Virus record (IMG/VR): IMGVR_UViG_3300046532_004322
Coordinates: 17,329 to 81,328 of that record
DNA: 64,000 nucleotides
Source: a virus
Reading direction: 5' to 3' (one strand)
This document shows, in pieces, positions 41,633 through 52,173 of the stretch (within the stretch, counting starts at the first letter, position 1; every line of letters begins with the position of its first letter). Position numbers and translations under genes: made by a program. Below the pieces are notes generated by a model. It saw only the letters and a program-made list of their open reading frames with translations, was not told where the DNA came from and did not search any database.

Positions 41633-42249
41633 CTTCTTCTCGAAATATAAGATCTTAAATCATTTAATATTTGACTTAAGTATTTTGTGTTTCTAAATCC
41701 CCCAGACCATGGTCCGTTTTTAACCTGGAAAGCTCTGCCCGACCTACTCTTATCCGAAGCGTGTCTTTCTGGCAAGGCTAAATATTTCCCTAATCCAGAT
41801 ATTCCTTTTTCTATCCCTTCCACCCAGCTCCTTCCAGAATTCCAAGGCATGGGAGTAGCTTCGAATATTTCTTCCTTAGATGGCAGTTCCACTGCGAAGT
41901 TCATTATCATCGTTCTTTGGCTCCCAGGCAAAGATCTTATCCTTAGCATCTTTTTTAATATTTTCCTGATAGGCCAAATTGGATCCGTCCCCACTTCAAA
42001 ACCTATAAAGCTATATAGATCTCCATACCCTCCTAGCGTACCACTTATATTGTCTGCGTCAAGGATCCCCCCTTGGGTAGAATCTATCTCTCTTGTTATT
42101 AAATGGTTTTCAAATTCATCAAGCATTCTATCTTGAGCTTCATCAACCATCGTTCTAACTTCCTTCATGGCTTCCTTTCTCACTATTGGCAATACTTTGA
42201 CACTGGCGATTTTCCGCAAAGCTTTGGAATTTATTATAGGCCTCTTCAT
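41629..42249 (-). CDS. Putative neck/tail-completion protein
   Basis: Synteny; basic protein. Confidence 0.45.
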   Translation of the reverse strand: MKRPIINSKALRKIASVKVLPIVRKEAMKEVRTMVDEAQDRMLDEFENHLITREIDSTQGGILDADNISGTLGGYGDLYSFIGFEVGTDPIWPIRKILKKMLRIRSLPGSQRTMIMNFAVELPSKEEIFEATPMPWNSGRSWVEGIEKGISGLGKYLALPERHASDKSRSGRAFQVKNGPWSGGFRNTKYLSQILNDLRSYISRRR

Positions 42250-42686
42250 TAACCTCTTCTTTTTAAGAAAATTTGATAATATTTTACGGAGAACATTCCA
42301 GCTTTTGCTGGATCTGATATTACGTCAAATAATTCACCATCTATTTCTACGTCTTTTGATTGAGTTAATATATTATAACCAGTTTCATCAATTTTTATCC
42401 TTACGGAATCTTTAGGAACTGATATTCCAGTCCCAGCGTTATATTCGTCTTCTTTATATGTAGAAATAAAATAAGATATTCTAGCCTTAACCTTGACCCC
42501 TTCAACTTCTTTTTCGTTTCCTTGTTGGTTCGCCACTCTTGAGTATAGCGCATTATATGTAGAGTTTGTAGCTACGAATGTTTTTTTAAGGGCTTTATAT
42601 ATAGTTATTTCTCTAGCAAAAGTATCATGCAAGTCATCAAATACAGAATCTATATTAGCCTTATCTGATGGTGGTATCAAATCCAT
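42249..42686 (-). CDS. Putative head-closure protein
   Basis: Synteny; VEIDGELFDV beta pattern. Confidence 0.5.
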   Translation of the reverse strand: MDLIPPSDKANIDSVFDDLHDTFAREITIYKALKKTFVATNSTYNALYSRVANQQGNEKEVEGVKVKARISYFISTYKEDEYNAGTGISVPKDSVRIKIDETGYNILTQSKDVEIDGELFDVISDPAKAGMFSVKYYQIFLKRRG

Positions 42687-42697
42687 CTTTTAATCAC

Positions 42698-43288
42698 TTA
42701 AGTTGGGGTTGTAGTTGGCGTTGTCGGAGGACAGCTTTCAGGACCACTAAAACAACCCGATGATTCTGGAGCATCAGCTCCCGCTACTTGCCTCGGAGAA
42801 GATTTATACATATTATAACTATGAACGAGATTCTTTAGTTTCGCTTCAGCCCCATCAGAAAAAGACTTGTAGGCCTGGGACATTTGAACTTTCTGTTGAG
42901 GAGAAGCTGTTTGAGAAACTCTTTTTATTGAAGAGTCTCCCTCCCTAAGCTCTGTCCAGTCAGACATTGTAGTAGTCTGATTTGGAGTGCTAGGAGTGAT
43001 TATTATAGAACTTGCTGATTTTAATATAGATTGAGCTTGTCTTTTATAATAATACTTTAAGTATAGTTGTATAAATATAGCTTCCTCTTCCTTTTGAAGT
43101 ACTGGGCATATATCGTTTTTATAATCAACTCTATAGGATTGATTAATTAATATATTGAGATGACCTATATTAGTTTCCAGCCAAGCTGCTATTTGAGCTT
43201 TTCGATTTTGTATATACGCTGGAGTTCCTATTTCGTCGTAAAATTCGCTATCGAAAATTTTCTCAGCAATGACGTCTGTATATCCCAT
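42698..43288 (-). CDS. Putative head-tail adaptor
   Basis: Synteny; WTELREGDSSI; Thr/Pro tail. Confidence 0.5.
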   Translation of the reverse strand: MGYTDVIAEKIFDSEFYDEIGTPAYIQNRKAQIAAWLETNIGHLNILINQSYRVDYKNDICPVLQKEEEAIFIQLYLKYYYKRQAQSILKSASSIIITPSTPNQTTTMSDWTELREGDSSIKRVSQTASPQQKVQMSQAYKSFSDGAEAKLKNLVHSYNMYKSSPRQVAGADAPESSGCFSGPESCPPTTPTTTPT

Positions 43289-43660
43289 TTACTCAAAGTT
43301 AAAAAGTTTCTTTTGTTCTTCGGTTAAAGATTCTTTCTCAATTATTGGTTTTGTTTGTTGGACTACATTACCCTTTCCGAAGAAAAACTTTTTCCTGAAC
43401 TCCTTTTTTAGTTTGTTTTTAAGAGTAGTTCTATTTCCAGAGGGAAAAACTCCTATCTCTACCGCTAGAGACTGAAGTTCGGGCAGAAGCATGTCTCCCA
43501 TATTCTTAATAAAATCGTCCTCAATGGTTGTCTTAAATGGATTATAACCAGCTGAAGGATTTAATATTTGTTCCAAATCTTGGATCCTGGTTTCTCCTTC
43601 TGCTAGAGCTCCGTCGGTATACGACATTATTTTTTTATTTTTTTTGGTTTTATTTTGCAT
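43289..43660 (-). CDS. Hypothetical head-region protein
   Basis: ORF after the capsid terminator. Confidence 0.6.
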   Translation of the reverse strand: MQNKTKKNKKIMSYTDGALAEGETRIQDLEQILNPSAGYNPFKTTIEDDFIKNMGDMLLPELQSLAVEIGVFPSGNRTTLKNKLKKEFRKKFFFGKGNVVQQTKPIIEKESLTEEQKKLFNFE

Positions 43661-43707
43661 GGTTAGTCCTTTTCTATGGATTACACTTTTATTATAAGCC
43701 TGGGAAT

Positions 43708-43737
43708 AAAAAAATCCACCCGTAGGTGGATTTTTTT
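43708..43737 (-). terminator. Intrinsic terminator after major capsid gene
   Basis: Minus strand ATCCACC-TACG-GGTGGAT followed by a T run; C(UACG)G tetraloop. Confidence 0.9.
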
Positions 43738-43762
43738 AAACTCTTAGTATGTCTATTAAGTA

Positions 43763-44920
43763 TTAGACAACAATCCCAGTCAACGCTCTCTTGTCGAGAA
43801 CCATGCGACCTTCTTCGATAGAACCGTAGTAACCTATCTTCTGTTGTCGAACAGAATATTGGTCATCAGCAATAAGCCTAAGATCAGCGCCCGTATCAGA
43901 ATCGACTGCGACAGCCCTAATAAGAGCTTCCTTAGTGCGATCAATACCAACGATAACTTCGTCTCCACCAGTAGCGTTTCCGCCCCAGGTGTTTCCAGCT
44001 CCGTGACCAACGTCACCCTTCTTGCCAGTTGTTCCACCTATAAGTGCGTCATAGACACCGTTGAAGCGCTGACCACTACCAAGCTCATTGATTTCGGTAA
44101 TGCTGATTCCGTAAATTTCGGAAACACCAGCGTTTCGGTAAACTTCATTCCTGAACTCATCTGTTCCAGCAATTCCGTTCTCAGAACCGTTACCTGCAGT
44201 ACCTCCAACTGAAGGGGAACCCTTCGAGTTGAGGGGATTGTAAGCCATTGCGCGAATTTCACCCATAATTTCAGGGGAAACGAGCAAATCGGTTACTCCG
44301 CGAGAACCAGTAACAGGAGTGCCACCATTCCAGGCCGTATTAAGGCGCTTGGCGCGAGTAATAAGCTTATTGACATCGTCAATAAGGAATTGATCGGCAG
44401 TAGCAGACTTAATCACGTGAGAAAGACTATTAGTATCAGCATTAGCAAGAACTCCCAGAAGAAGATTTGCAGATGTATGCTCTTGTTTAAGCATTAACTC
44501 TTGTGCAATCCTCGAGAAGGTTTTACTAATTACGTCAAGCCTCGAACGAGCAGCGTAGCGACGTTCAAACTCTACAGCAGTTTCCATCCTGTAAGTTGTG
44601 AACTTCAGTTCGCTGTGAGTCGGGATTATAGTATTGGAAGGAAGCCCACCAGGAACTGATTGGCTATAAACTTCCAAGTAATCGGAATCGGTAATATCGT
44701 GATACAAATCCAACGGAATGGAAGGATTGTCGTCGTCGTTAAACTGAAAGCTTTGGAACATGTTTCCAAGAGAAGGAGCATTGTTCATGACCTCTGAAAG
44801 GACAGGGCCAATAAATTCAGCAGCAGCAGCTTGAGCTTCGTAGGCAACATTCCTGTTCTTGGAAGCCATTGCCTTAATAAGCTCTACTTGTTCGTCTGTA
44901 CGTTTTAATGTAATATTCAT
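43763..44920 (-). CDS. Major capsid protein
   Basis: 385 aa after protease and decoration genes; DLLVSPE, QQKIGYYGSIEEG HK97-like end; strong terminator follows. Confidence 0.85.
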   Translation of the reverse strand: MNITLKRTDEQVELIKAMASKNRNVAYEAQAAAAEFIGPVLSEVMNNAPSLGNMFQSFQFNDDDNPSIPLDLYHDITDSDYLEVYSQSVPGGLPSNTIIPTHSELKFTTYRMETAVEFERRYAARSRLDVISKTFSRIAQELMLKQEHTSANLLLGVLANADTNSLSHVIKSATADQFLIDDVNKLITRAKRLNTAWNGGTPVTGSRGVTDLLVSPEIMGEIRAMAYNPLNSKGSPSVGGTAGNGSENGIAGTDEFRNEVYRNAGVSEIYGISITEINELGSGQRFNGVYDALIGGTTGKKGDVGHGAGNTWGGNATGGDEVIVGIDRTKEALIRAVAVDSDTGADLRLIADDQYSVRQQKIGYYGSIEEGRMVLDKRALTGIVV

Positions 44921-44943
44921 TTTTTTATAATTCCTTTCTGGTA

Positions 44944-45630
44944 TTAGAGTGCTCGTCCGCCAGCGCTATTGAACATCGAAAAGAAAACGTTGGGGTTAGC
45001 AGCGCCATCTCTCGTTCCAGAAGCGAGGATTAATCCGCAACTAGGACTTCCGCTTGCGGGGGTACCGCCAGCAAGATTTCCGTTTGCATTCGGCCTAAGC
45101 TCGTCACCAGGTCCATCCGAAGATCCGTCAAGTCCAGAATCGCTAGAAAAGGTAAAGAAACCTCTAGTTGCGATAGGAACTGTTTCACCAGGAATCAAAC
45201 ATTGCAACTCATCCTTCTTCACACTATAGTAAAGAAGCTTTTCGCCGTTTTCATCGTAAGCAAGCGTAGGTCTCAAGGATATTCCAAGAATACTCGTGTC
45301 ACTTGCTCCAGCTACTTCTACAGACATTGGAGCTTCAGGATAAATTGATCCCCACTGAGGAGAATACCCTTGATCGCCAGATCCGATAGCGCCTAAATAA
45401 GGAGCGTTATTTGTAGCGGTTCCGTGGAGCCCAGAAGGATCACTTCCTGTCCAATCATTACTGGTAGCAGGCTTTACAACTGTGCCGCTCCAAAACTCTT
45501 TATCCGTAAAGGCACCTGTTGCGGTTCCTCCAGGAACAAGCGAAGAAAGATTAGTTGATCCAAGCGCAAGCTTGAATAAATTAACTACGTCTTTTTCGTC
45601 GTACTGTCTAAATGGTAATAACTTATGCAT
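44944..45630 (-). CDS. Putative capsid decoration/cement protein
   Basis: Gly-rich, between scaffold and MCP; PGETVPIATRG. Confidence 0.6.
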   Translation of the reverse strand: MHKLLPFRQYDEKDVVNLFKLALGSTNLSSLVPGGTATGAFTDKEFWSGTVVKPATSNDWTGSDPSGLHGTATNNAPYLGAIGSGDQGYSPQWGSIYPEAPMSVEVAGASDTSILGISLRPTLAYDENGEKLLYYSVKKDELQCLIPGETVPIATRGFFTFSSDSGLDGSSDGPGDELRPNANGNLAGGTPASGSPSCGLILASGTRDGAANPNVFFSMFNSAGGRAL

Positions 45631-45645
45631 TTTTAATTTTGTTTG

Positions 45646-47244
45646 TTAAAGTTTAATTGTTAAATTTTCTTTGTCGAAAACTTTGGCGAACTTTTCCCTA
45701 AGGGAAGGTTCTTCGGTAGCAATATCACTGTTATTGTTAGCTACGGTTTCTTTTTCAGGCTCGACATTTTCGAGAACTTCTTCAATAGATTTTTCCTCGG
45801 CCTCTTCTGTTTCGTCGGAAGCTTCGGATATCTCAGACAATTCTCTTTTTTGAATTTCAGCTTCGAGGCGATCAGTAAAGACCTTCTCTTGCTCTTCAAT
45901 ATAAGTCTTATTTTTATGAGCCCACATTACTGAGACCTTAGACTTGTACTCTTCAAAATCAGAATCTTCGAGACTTATACTCTTAACTTCAGAAGCGAGT
46001 AACACTCGATCTTCTTTGGATAATTCGTATTCAGAATCTATTTGTTCCATTCTCGCATCAAAAGCCTCTTCAGACTTTCGAGCTTCAATTTCTTGTTTAA
46101 GGTCGCCGAGTTCAGATTGAGAAGATTCAAGTTGAGACTTGAGCTCTTCTACATCTTCTTGCATCTTCTTTTCAGTTTCTGCGAGTTTCACTCTTTCTTC
46201 CTCAATTGCAAGAAGCTCTTGCTCGTACTGTTCGCTCTTTGATTTAATTGCGTCACCAATTACGCGACCAACGTTAGCTACCACCTCTTGATTGAATCCA
46301 TGGTTAGGAATCTTCTCGTCGAGAATAGTTTTGAAATCTTCTAATAAATCTTGTTTGTCCATAGTTGAAATTTTGTTTATAGATTCTATTACATGTAATT
46401 CACCCTTTTGTGAAATATTTTTTTTATTTTTAATGAAATAATCTTTATTATCCACAGTTATTTTCTTTAATGTTGAGTACGTTTCGGTGGAATTTTCGCT
46501 ATCTTTTTTTTTCTGCCCATGCATGTACAAGCCTTTTACTTTTGCAGCTGGATTAGCCGTAAATCCAATGCCTAAGGGGTAAACCTCTCCGACAACCAAT
46601 CTATAAATAGGAGTGCCGTCTTTAAGTTTTCCGTCCCCGTCAAAAGCTTTTAAGTATTGGGATAATTCTTTTATGTGCTTTTCCTCTGAAATTATTTCCG
46701 CCTCATTCAAATTCTCGCTTCCAGCAGCAATTAAATAATCATTAAAACCCAATTCCCAGCTAGCAGAGATCTTCATATATTTATCCCCTTCGGGATTAAC
46801 TGAATCTTCTACGAGTTTTGCGAACTCTTTATTTGCAGAAGCATAAACTACAGCGCCCATTGACAAGTTAAAAGGATTTAAATTCCCTGAATCCAAATCC
46901 TTTATGATACTACTATCTTCTATAGAAGAAAACCCCGTAGAGACTATATGTCCAACCACTTTCTTTTTATCGTGCTCTATGTTGGTTGGCTTATGGATGA
47001 AATAATCCTTTATCGCCATTGCGGTGGACGTATCTATTCCGTCTCCGTTTCTATTGAATGTATTTATTAATGCCCCATTAAATGCGACTCCCAACAAATC
47101 TATATTTTTTTTAAAATCTATATCTTCAGGAATTAAACTTTTTAAGTTATCTAAAGAGGCTTTCGAACTTTCGTTGAAATTCTGAATTTGTCTCTCAGAA
47201 CTCGTTATAGGGTTATTAAATTTAGTGGTGTATTTAAATTTCAT
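45646..47244 (-). CDS. Prohead protease fused to scaffold
   Basis: NRNGD, KPTNIEHD...VGH, SASWELGF, GIGFTANPAA; acidic coiled-coil C-terminus. Confidence 0.75.
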   Translation of the reverse strand: MKFKYTTKFNNPITSSERQIQNFNESSKASLDNLKSLIPEDIDFKKNIDLLGVAFNGALINTFNRNGDGIDTSTAMAIKDYFIHKPTNIEHDKKKVVGHIVSTGFSSIEDSSIIKDLDSGNLNPFNLSMGAVVYASANKEFAKLVEDSVNPEGDKYMKISASWELGFNDYLIAAGSENLNEAEIISEEKHIKELSQYLKAFDGDGKLKDGTPIYRLVVGEVYPLGIGFTANPAAKVKGLYMHGQKKKDSENSTETYSTLKKITVDNKDYFIKNKKNISQKGELHVIESINKISTMDKQDLLEDFKTILDEKIPNHGFNQEVVANVGRVIGDAIKSKSEQYEQELLAIEEERVKLAETEKKMQEDVEELKSQLESSQSELGDLKQEIEARKSEEAFDARMEQIDSEYELSKEDRVLLASEVKSISLEDSDFEEYKSKVSVMWAHKNKTYIEEQEKVFTDRLEAEIQKRELSEISEASDETEEAEEKSIEEVLENVEPEKETVANNNSDIATEEPSLREKFAKVFDKENLTIKL

Positions 47245-47297
47245 TTATTACTATATAAAGTATACACAAAAATATGAAACTTTATACGATAATAAAA

Positions 47298-49319
47298 TTA
47301 TTTTCCGCTATGATATAAAATAGCAGAAGGATAATCAGGCAACTCATGCTCTGAAGATATATCTAGAACTTCACTTAAATGAATTAATGACTCCATTTTC
47401 TCTGGAGACTCCATACAGGCATTCATTTCCGATTCCCAGTTTTCCTTTTCTTGAGATACTACAATCGATTCTATTAAATTGTCAACTATTTCATTTTGAG
47501 CTTTACTTAATCTTTTTGTAGAATATTTTTCTTTCACCTTCTTTATAGTGGAAGACCTTAATTTTTCTATTTCTCCGACGATCTCCTGTATCCCTTTTCT
47601 AGAATAAAGCGCAGAGGCCGTAGCTCCCGTTGGTCTTCCAGCTTCTTTTGGCGTTTTCTTGAGGGGGGCGGATTTTGCCTTATCAGCTGTCTTAGCTGAT
47701 TTTTCTATTTGTTTTTCTTTTAATTCTCTTTCTTCCTCGGCTCCAGGAGCTTCAACAGAAGGAATTCCCCCAACTAATGGATTATACAAACCATCCTCCC
47801 TCTCTTCTGCATACTTTTCCTGAGCTTCTTTTAATGAATCTGGATGAGGAAATAAACCAGTCCTTATAGCCTGTACTCCTTGCTCTGGAGATATTATCCC
47901 TATTTCAAGCAATCTAGTTATAACTCTTTGGAATTGGACTTCGTCCTTTATATCCACTTCTTGAAATCTAACCGTAGGATATTTCCTGAAGCCCAAAGCC
48001 TTACAAACCAGCTTAATTTGAGGCATTAAGAAATCATTAAGAAAAGCATTCCTAGCTTCTTTTAATCTTTCTAAGAAAATTTGAGCCTTAATTTGAGTAC
48101 TTGAATAGTTTTCTTTTCCAACTATAATGTTCTGCAAGCCCTCTCTTATGTCCTGATTTACTATTTCATATTTTTCTGGACCTAATATTTTATTAATGTC
48201 AGGAATGATGAAATCAGCTTTAGTAGTGTAATCGCTCACTAGAACTCTACCGATACTTTCATTTTGAAAAAGACACTGCATCGCAGTTAAACTATGAGGG
48301 TTTATTCCGCCTTTATCTGGCTCAGCTCCCATAGTTATTAAAAGAACCACATTTTCTATAGTTCTGCTTATGGCTTGATCAATCTTCTTTAGCTCTATTT
48401 TCCAATTGAGATCATCCAGCACAGGGTATCCAAAAGGTATTGCAAACGGCTCATAATCTTGTTTTTTATAAAATGAATAGATAAGTTTTTTAGGGTCAAG
48501 CTCTACTTCTAGGCCAGTTAAGTTAAACCCTCCTTTTTTTATTTTTTCTTTTGTTTCTTGAGGTAGAGCGTTAAAGACCTCTTCGTCTTCTTCTGTTTTT
48601 GGAGTCTTTAATCTTTCCAGCTCGTATTCTGAAAGTATTTTCTTATAAGCTCCATCATCAAATGACGTACTCCTTGTAGATACTATATCGTAAGGATTTA
48701 ATACAATATATTTAATAGGTATTTTTCCTGGATTTAAATATTCTCCACTACCATATATTTTATTCAAACTCTTAAAGTCGTCATTGTTAAACTTTCCGTC
48801 TAACCTATATAAGAATATATTTCCAGAACGATAATACTCTCTAAAGAATTGGTCTTTGAGCTTCCATAGATTTATCTTCTCAAACCATTTATACATAAAA
48901 CTTCTAGCATTTTCGCTACCCCCCTCTAGGTACATATCTGAATTTGAGAATTCAGCCATTACATCTATGGCATTTCTAAATATAGGTATATTGGCGTAAG
49001 CTTTTTGACAAAGCTCTATAGACTCTCTGCTATCTACACCCTCTGCGGTTACCTTGTAAGGCATACCTCCCGCAGCTATGTTTGCAAACTTATTTGCCTT
49101 AGCGGACGAATGACTACTATTTGACCTTCTTGAAGTTGAGGATTCACCCGACTCCCTAAGCCCCTCAAATGATCCCGAAGCTTTTATTTCATTTCCATAA
49201 TAACTTGTCCCACAAATTGTAGGTTCGTAACTTTCATTTGTAACTTTCAACTCTGAAGCTTTTGAAAATTTACTCCAATAAGCCGACTTTTTAACGTATT
49301 TTCTTTTGGAATCACTCAT
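47298..49319 (-). CDS. Portal protein
   Basis: After TerL; AYANIPIFRNAIDVMAEF, REYYRSGN, C-terminal GRP motif. Confidence 0.8.
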   Translation of the reverse strand: MSDSKRKYVKKSAYWSKFSKASELKVTNESYEPTICGTSYYGNEIKASGSFEGLRESGESSTSRRSNSSHSSAKANKFANIAAGGMPYKVTAEGVDSRESIELCQKAYANIPIFRNAIDVMAEFSNSDMYLEGGSENARSFMYKWFEKINLWKLKDQFFREYYRSGNIFLYRLDGKFNNDDFKSLNKIYGSGEYLNPGKIPIKYIVLNPYDIVSTRSTSFDDGAYKKILSEYELERLKTPKTEEDEEVFNALPQETKEKIKKGGFNLTGLEVELDPKKLIYSFYKKQDYEPFAIPFGYPVLDDLNWKIELKKIDQAISRTIENVVLLITMGAEPDKGGINPHSLTAMQCLFQNESIGRVLVSDYTTKADFIIPDINKILGPEKYEIVNQDIREGLQNIIVGKENYSSTQIKAQIFLERLKEARNAFLNDFLMPQIKLVCKALGFRKYPTVRFQEVDIKDEVQFQRVITRLLEIGIISPEQGVQAIRTGLFPHPDSLKEAQEKYAEEREDGLYNPLVGGIPSVEAPGAEEERELKEKQIEKSAKTADKAKSAPLKKTPKEAGRPTGATASALYSRKGIQEIVGEIEKLRSSTIKKVKEKYSTKRLSKAQNEIVDNLIESIVVSQEKENWESEMNACMESPEKMESLIHLSEVLDISSEHELPDYPSAILYHSGK

Positions 49320-49369
49320 TAGCTATATGATACACACAAAAGTTAACTTTTAAAGTTATTTTTTAACTT

Positions 49370-51232
49370 TTATTTTATAAACATAGGCACAAAACTGTTT
49401 ACAGTCTCAGATTTATAATTCTTTATGTCATTATGAATTTTAATCATCCAGCTACCCAATACCAAAGCGGAATAGCAATCTTTTCTAGCTTTACCAGGAC
49501 CAGTTGTTTTCTTTAAATTCAAAGGCAAGTCGAATGTTTGAATCCCTTGAGGAGAAGACTTAACCACTATAAGAGCGCACTGCCCTTTAGTATAATCCAT
49601 CATCTCATGTAAGTGTTCAACTAAGTCTATCATCCTTGAGCCATTCGTTTCGTTTTCGTCTCCATCATTAAAATTTAAAAACTTCAATGAAGATATCGGA
49701 ATCTTTTTGTTTCTTTGCTTTTGATAATCATCATCTATAGCTTGAGATGCAAACCATATCCTCTTGTGGTCAAAATTTCCCTGAAGCAACTCGTTAGCTC
49801 TTCTTATCCAGTCAGAGGTTGGCTTCCTTAAGCAGCAAGGTATTCCATCTTTCGAGAACTCTGTCTTTGCAAGCCTTAAGGACTTTTGATATTCTTCAGC
49901 ATTATCAAATTCCGTTTCTATTAAATTTATCTTTTTCTTTGAATTTTTATACAGAGAGCTTTCCTTGAAGGCGTTTAAGAATTGAACTCCTCCGTTATAA
50001 TCTCCAACCATTGCTACTATATCAAAATTATTAATTAAATAATTAAAATATTTCATATGATTCTTTAAGCTTTCTCCTGCCATAGCATATACATGAACCA
50101 AGGTTCCTTGTTGGTTTTTTTCGTTTAACTTGAATACCTGCATAGCGAAATCGTCAGAACCTTCGTTCTCTGCCCAGCTGGGGTCAAAAGACAATAGATA
50201 GTCACACCCTTCCTCCCCTTTAACCTCAACGCATGGACTGTTACCTTCTTCTACAGTACATCCTTGCATTTTTGATATCTTAAAGTATCCAGAACTATCA
50301 TCCGTAAAAACAGCTCCGAATTCTCGATCATACTGACTTTGACTCATGGTTGACTTTGCTTGGTCAATCAAATTTTGGTCAAACAGTTGCTTTGGCGCAC
50401 AATCATAAGAAAAGTGCATTATAGTTCTAGTAGCTTTATTAGAGCTCTTCTTCTCATTAATTAAACGCTCAAAGTTCTCATAGAGTTTATAAAGGTATTC
50501 AAATTTATAAGAAGCTGAAGAGAGCATTATTAGTTTATTGTTTGGCCAGACATACCTTTCTTCCTCCGTCATTTTTCCTTGACTTATTAGATTTGTTTCT
50601 AAATTATATAGATTATCTCTTTCTTTTGGATTCTGAACTACAGACAGAAAGGGAACTACGACCTCATTATAAATTCTTTCAGGCATAAGTAACATTTCGT
50701 CAATGATTATTCTATGAAACCTAAAGCCACGGAGCTTGGAACCATCACCCAACGGAAGAGCCCTTATTGAGCTTTCACCTATCTCCATAACCCATTCATC
50801 GTTAGCCTTAGAAATCTTCTTTATGCATTGCTGAAGATATCCAGCCTCAGGCTTGTTAGCAATATCTTCAATTTTTTTAAATATCATCTTCGCTTGTCTG
50901 AAGGATTTTGATAGAATACCAATCTGGACACCTTGATTCATCATGGCATCCATAAATGCAAATATTCCAGTAGTCCAAGATTTAGACATTCCTCGAGACC
51001 ATATCCCCAGGAAGTAATCGCTTTCAAACATAGACTTAATAGCCAAATGCTGAAAAGGGAAAAGGTCCACTCCCGCAATGAGATTAGTAGAGAATGTAAC
51101 GTTCTCCCTTAAAAATCTATACAATAGCAACTTAGCTTCTTTCTCGTCCAGGAATCCTTCCTTGGATTCCAGAAGCTTGTTGATGTCCACTTCTTTTCGG
51201 TTTCTTTTTTGAGTTCCTTCGTCCCAGGTCAT
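49370..51232 (-). CDS. terL: Terminase large subunit
   Basis: LFPFQ, SRGMSKS Walker A, LRGFR...IIIDE Walker B, SSAS, FDP and KDCYSA nuclease residues. Confidence 0.9.
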   Translation of the reverse strand: MTWDEGTQKRNRKEVDINKLLESKEGFLDEKEAKLLLYRFLRENVTFSTNLIAGVDLFPFQHLAIKSMFESDYFLGIWSRGMSKSWTTGIFAFMDAMMNQGVQIGILSKSFRQAKMIFKKIEDIANKPEAGYLQQCIKKISKANDEWVMEIGESSIRALPLGDGSKLRGFRFHRIIIDEMLLMPERIYNEVVVPFLSVVQNPKERDNLYNLETNLISQGKMTEEERYVWPNNKLIMLSSASYKFEYLYKLYENFERLINEKKSSNKATRTIMHFSYDCAPKQLFDQNLIDQAKSTMSQSQYDREFGAVFTDDSSGYFKISKMQGCTVEEGNSPCVEVKGEEGCDYLLSFDPSWAENEGSDDFAMQVFKLNEKNQQGTLVHVYAMAGESLKNHMKYFNYLINNFDIVAMVGDYNGGVQFLNAFKESSLYKNSKKKINLIETEFDNAEEYQKSLRLAKTEFSKDGIPCCLRKPTSDWIRRANELLQGNFDHKRIWFASQAIDDDYQKQRNKKIPISSLKFLNFNDGDENETNGSRMIDLVEHLHEMMDYTKGQCALIVVKSSPQGIQTFDLPLNLKKTTGPGKARKDCYSALVLGSWMIKIHNDIKNYKSETVNSFVPMFIK

Positions 51233-52173
51233 TATAATTTTATCTTTCTATTGTCTATGTAATATTGAATGTCAGAATTCCATACCTCAGGGCCAGCCCT
51301 CAATAGTAATGGTATTAAAATCTTTGATCTATTTCTTCCTCCAGAGAATATAAATTGACATACCCTCGGAAACATATGCGTTATTTTTCTCATTTGATGC
51401 CATACGAATTTAAGGTTTGACTTGTGATATCCAAAGGAATTATTCCTTATTATCTTCTCGACGGATGTTTCTATAACTATGTATAAAAACGAATCGAAGC
51501 TAGAAGCTCTTTCGAGCTCCCTTATGAACCTATCGTACCCAACAGTCATGGTAGACTTAAAATCCACTTCGCTTTTTCTATCTACATAGGTTTTATTGTA
51601 ATTTTCTCCTGATGCAGTATAATCCCCAAAGTCCAATTTATGAGGCTTTCCATTTGGAAAGCTTAAAGGAGTTTGCTCTCTAGTGTCTATCATAATCTCC
51701 ATTTCTTTTAAATTTTTATCATACATAAAAAATTTCTTACTTATCGCTTTGTTATATATTGGTTCAACTTGAAGCCTACGACAGGCTTCATTATATGAGC
51801 CAAAATACCTTTTATATATGTTTATAGACGGAAAGTTATTCAATAGTAAGTCTAAATGATTAGGAGCGTATTTCAAATCCTTACTAACTATTCTATCCTT
51901 TAACATCTTTAATATTATATCTTTTACTTCTTCATCTTCAGTGATATCAACCCATTTGTCAATTTCATCAGAATTAAAAAAATAAGTGGAAAAATATTGA
52001 GATTTGTTTTTAAACGGTATAGGTTCCTTAGAGTAGAGATTAAACCTGGGGTAGTAAGTGACATAGTAATCAGCCAAAAGCACCCCGTGGGCCTTTATAT
52101 GGGCATGTAATGAGCGTTCTGATTTAAAAGATTGCTCGCAAACCTTGCATTGATACTCTAAACCTTTAGCCAT
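51232..52173 (-). CDS. C2H2 zinc finger plus ERCC4/XPF-type nuclease
   Basis: CKVC...HAHIKAH; IDTREQ, LDFGDY, VDRKSEVDF. Confidence 0.75.
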   Translation of the reverse strand: MAKGLEYQCKVCEQSFKSERSLHAHIKAHGVLLADYYVTYYPRFNLYSKEPIPFKNKSQYFSTYFFNSDEIDKWVDITEDEEVKDIILKMLKDRIVSKDLKYAPNHLDLLLNNFPSINIYKRYFGSYNEACRRLQVEPIYNKAISKKFFMYDKNLKEMEIMIDTREQTPLSFPNGKPHKLDFGDYTASGENYNKTYVDRKSEVDFKSTMTVGYDRFIRELERASSFDSFLYIVIETSVEKIIRNNSFGYHKSNLKFVWHQMRKITHMFPRVCQFIFSGGRNRSKILIPLLLRAGPEVWNSDIQYYIDNRKIKL

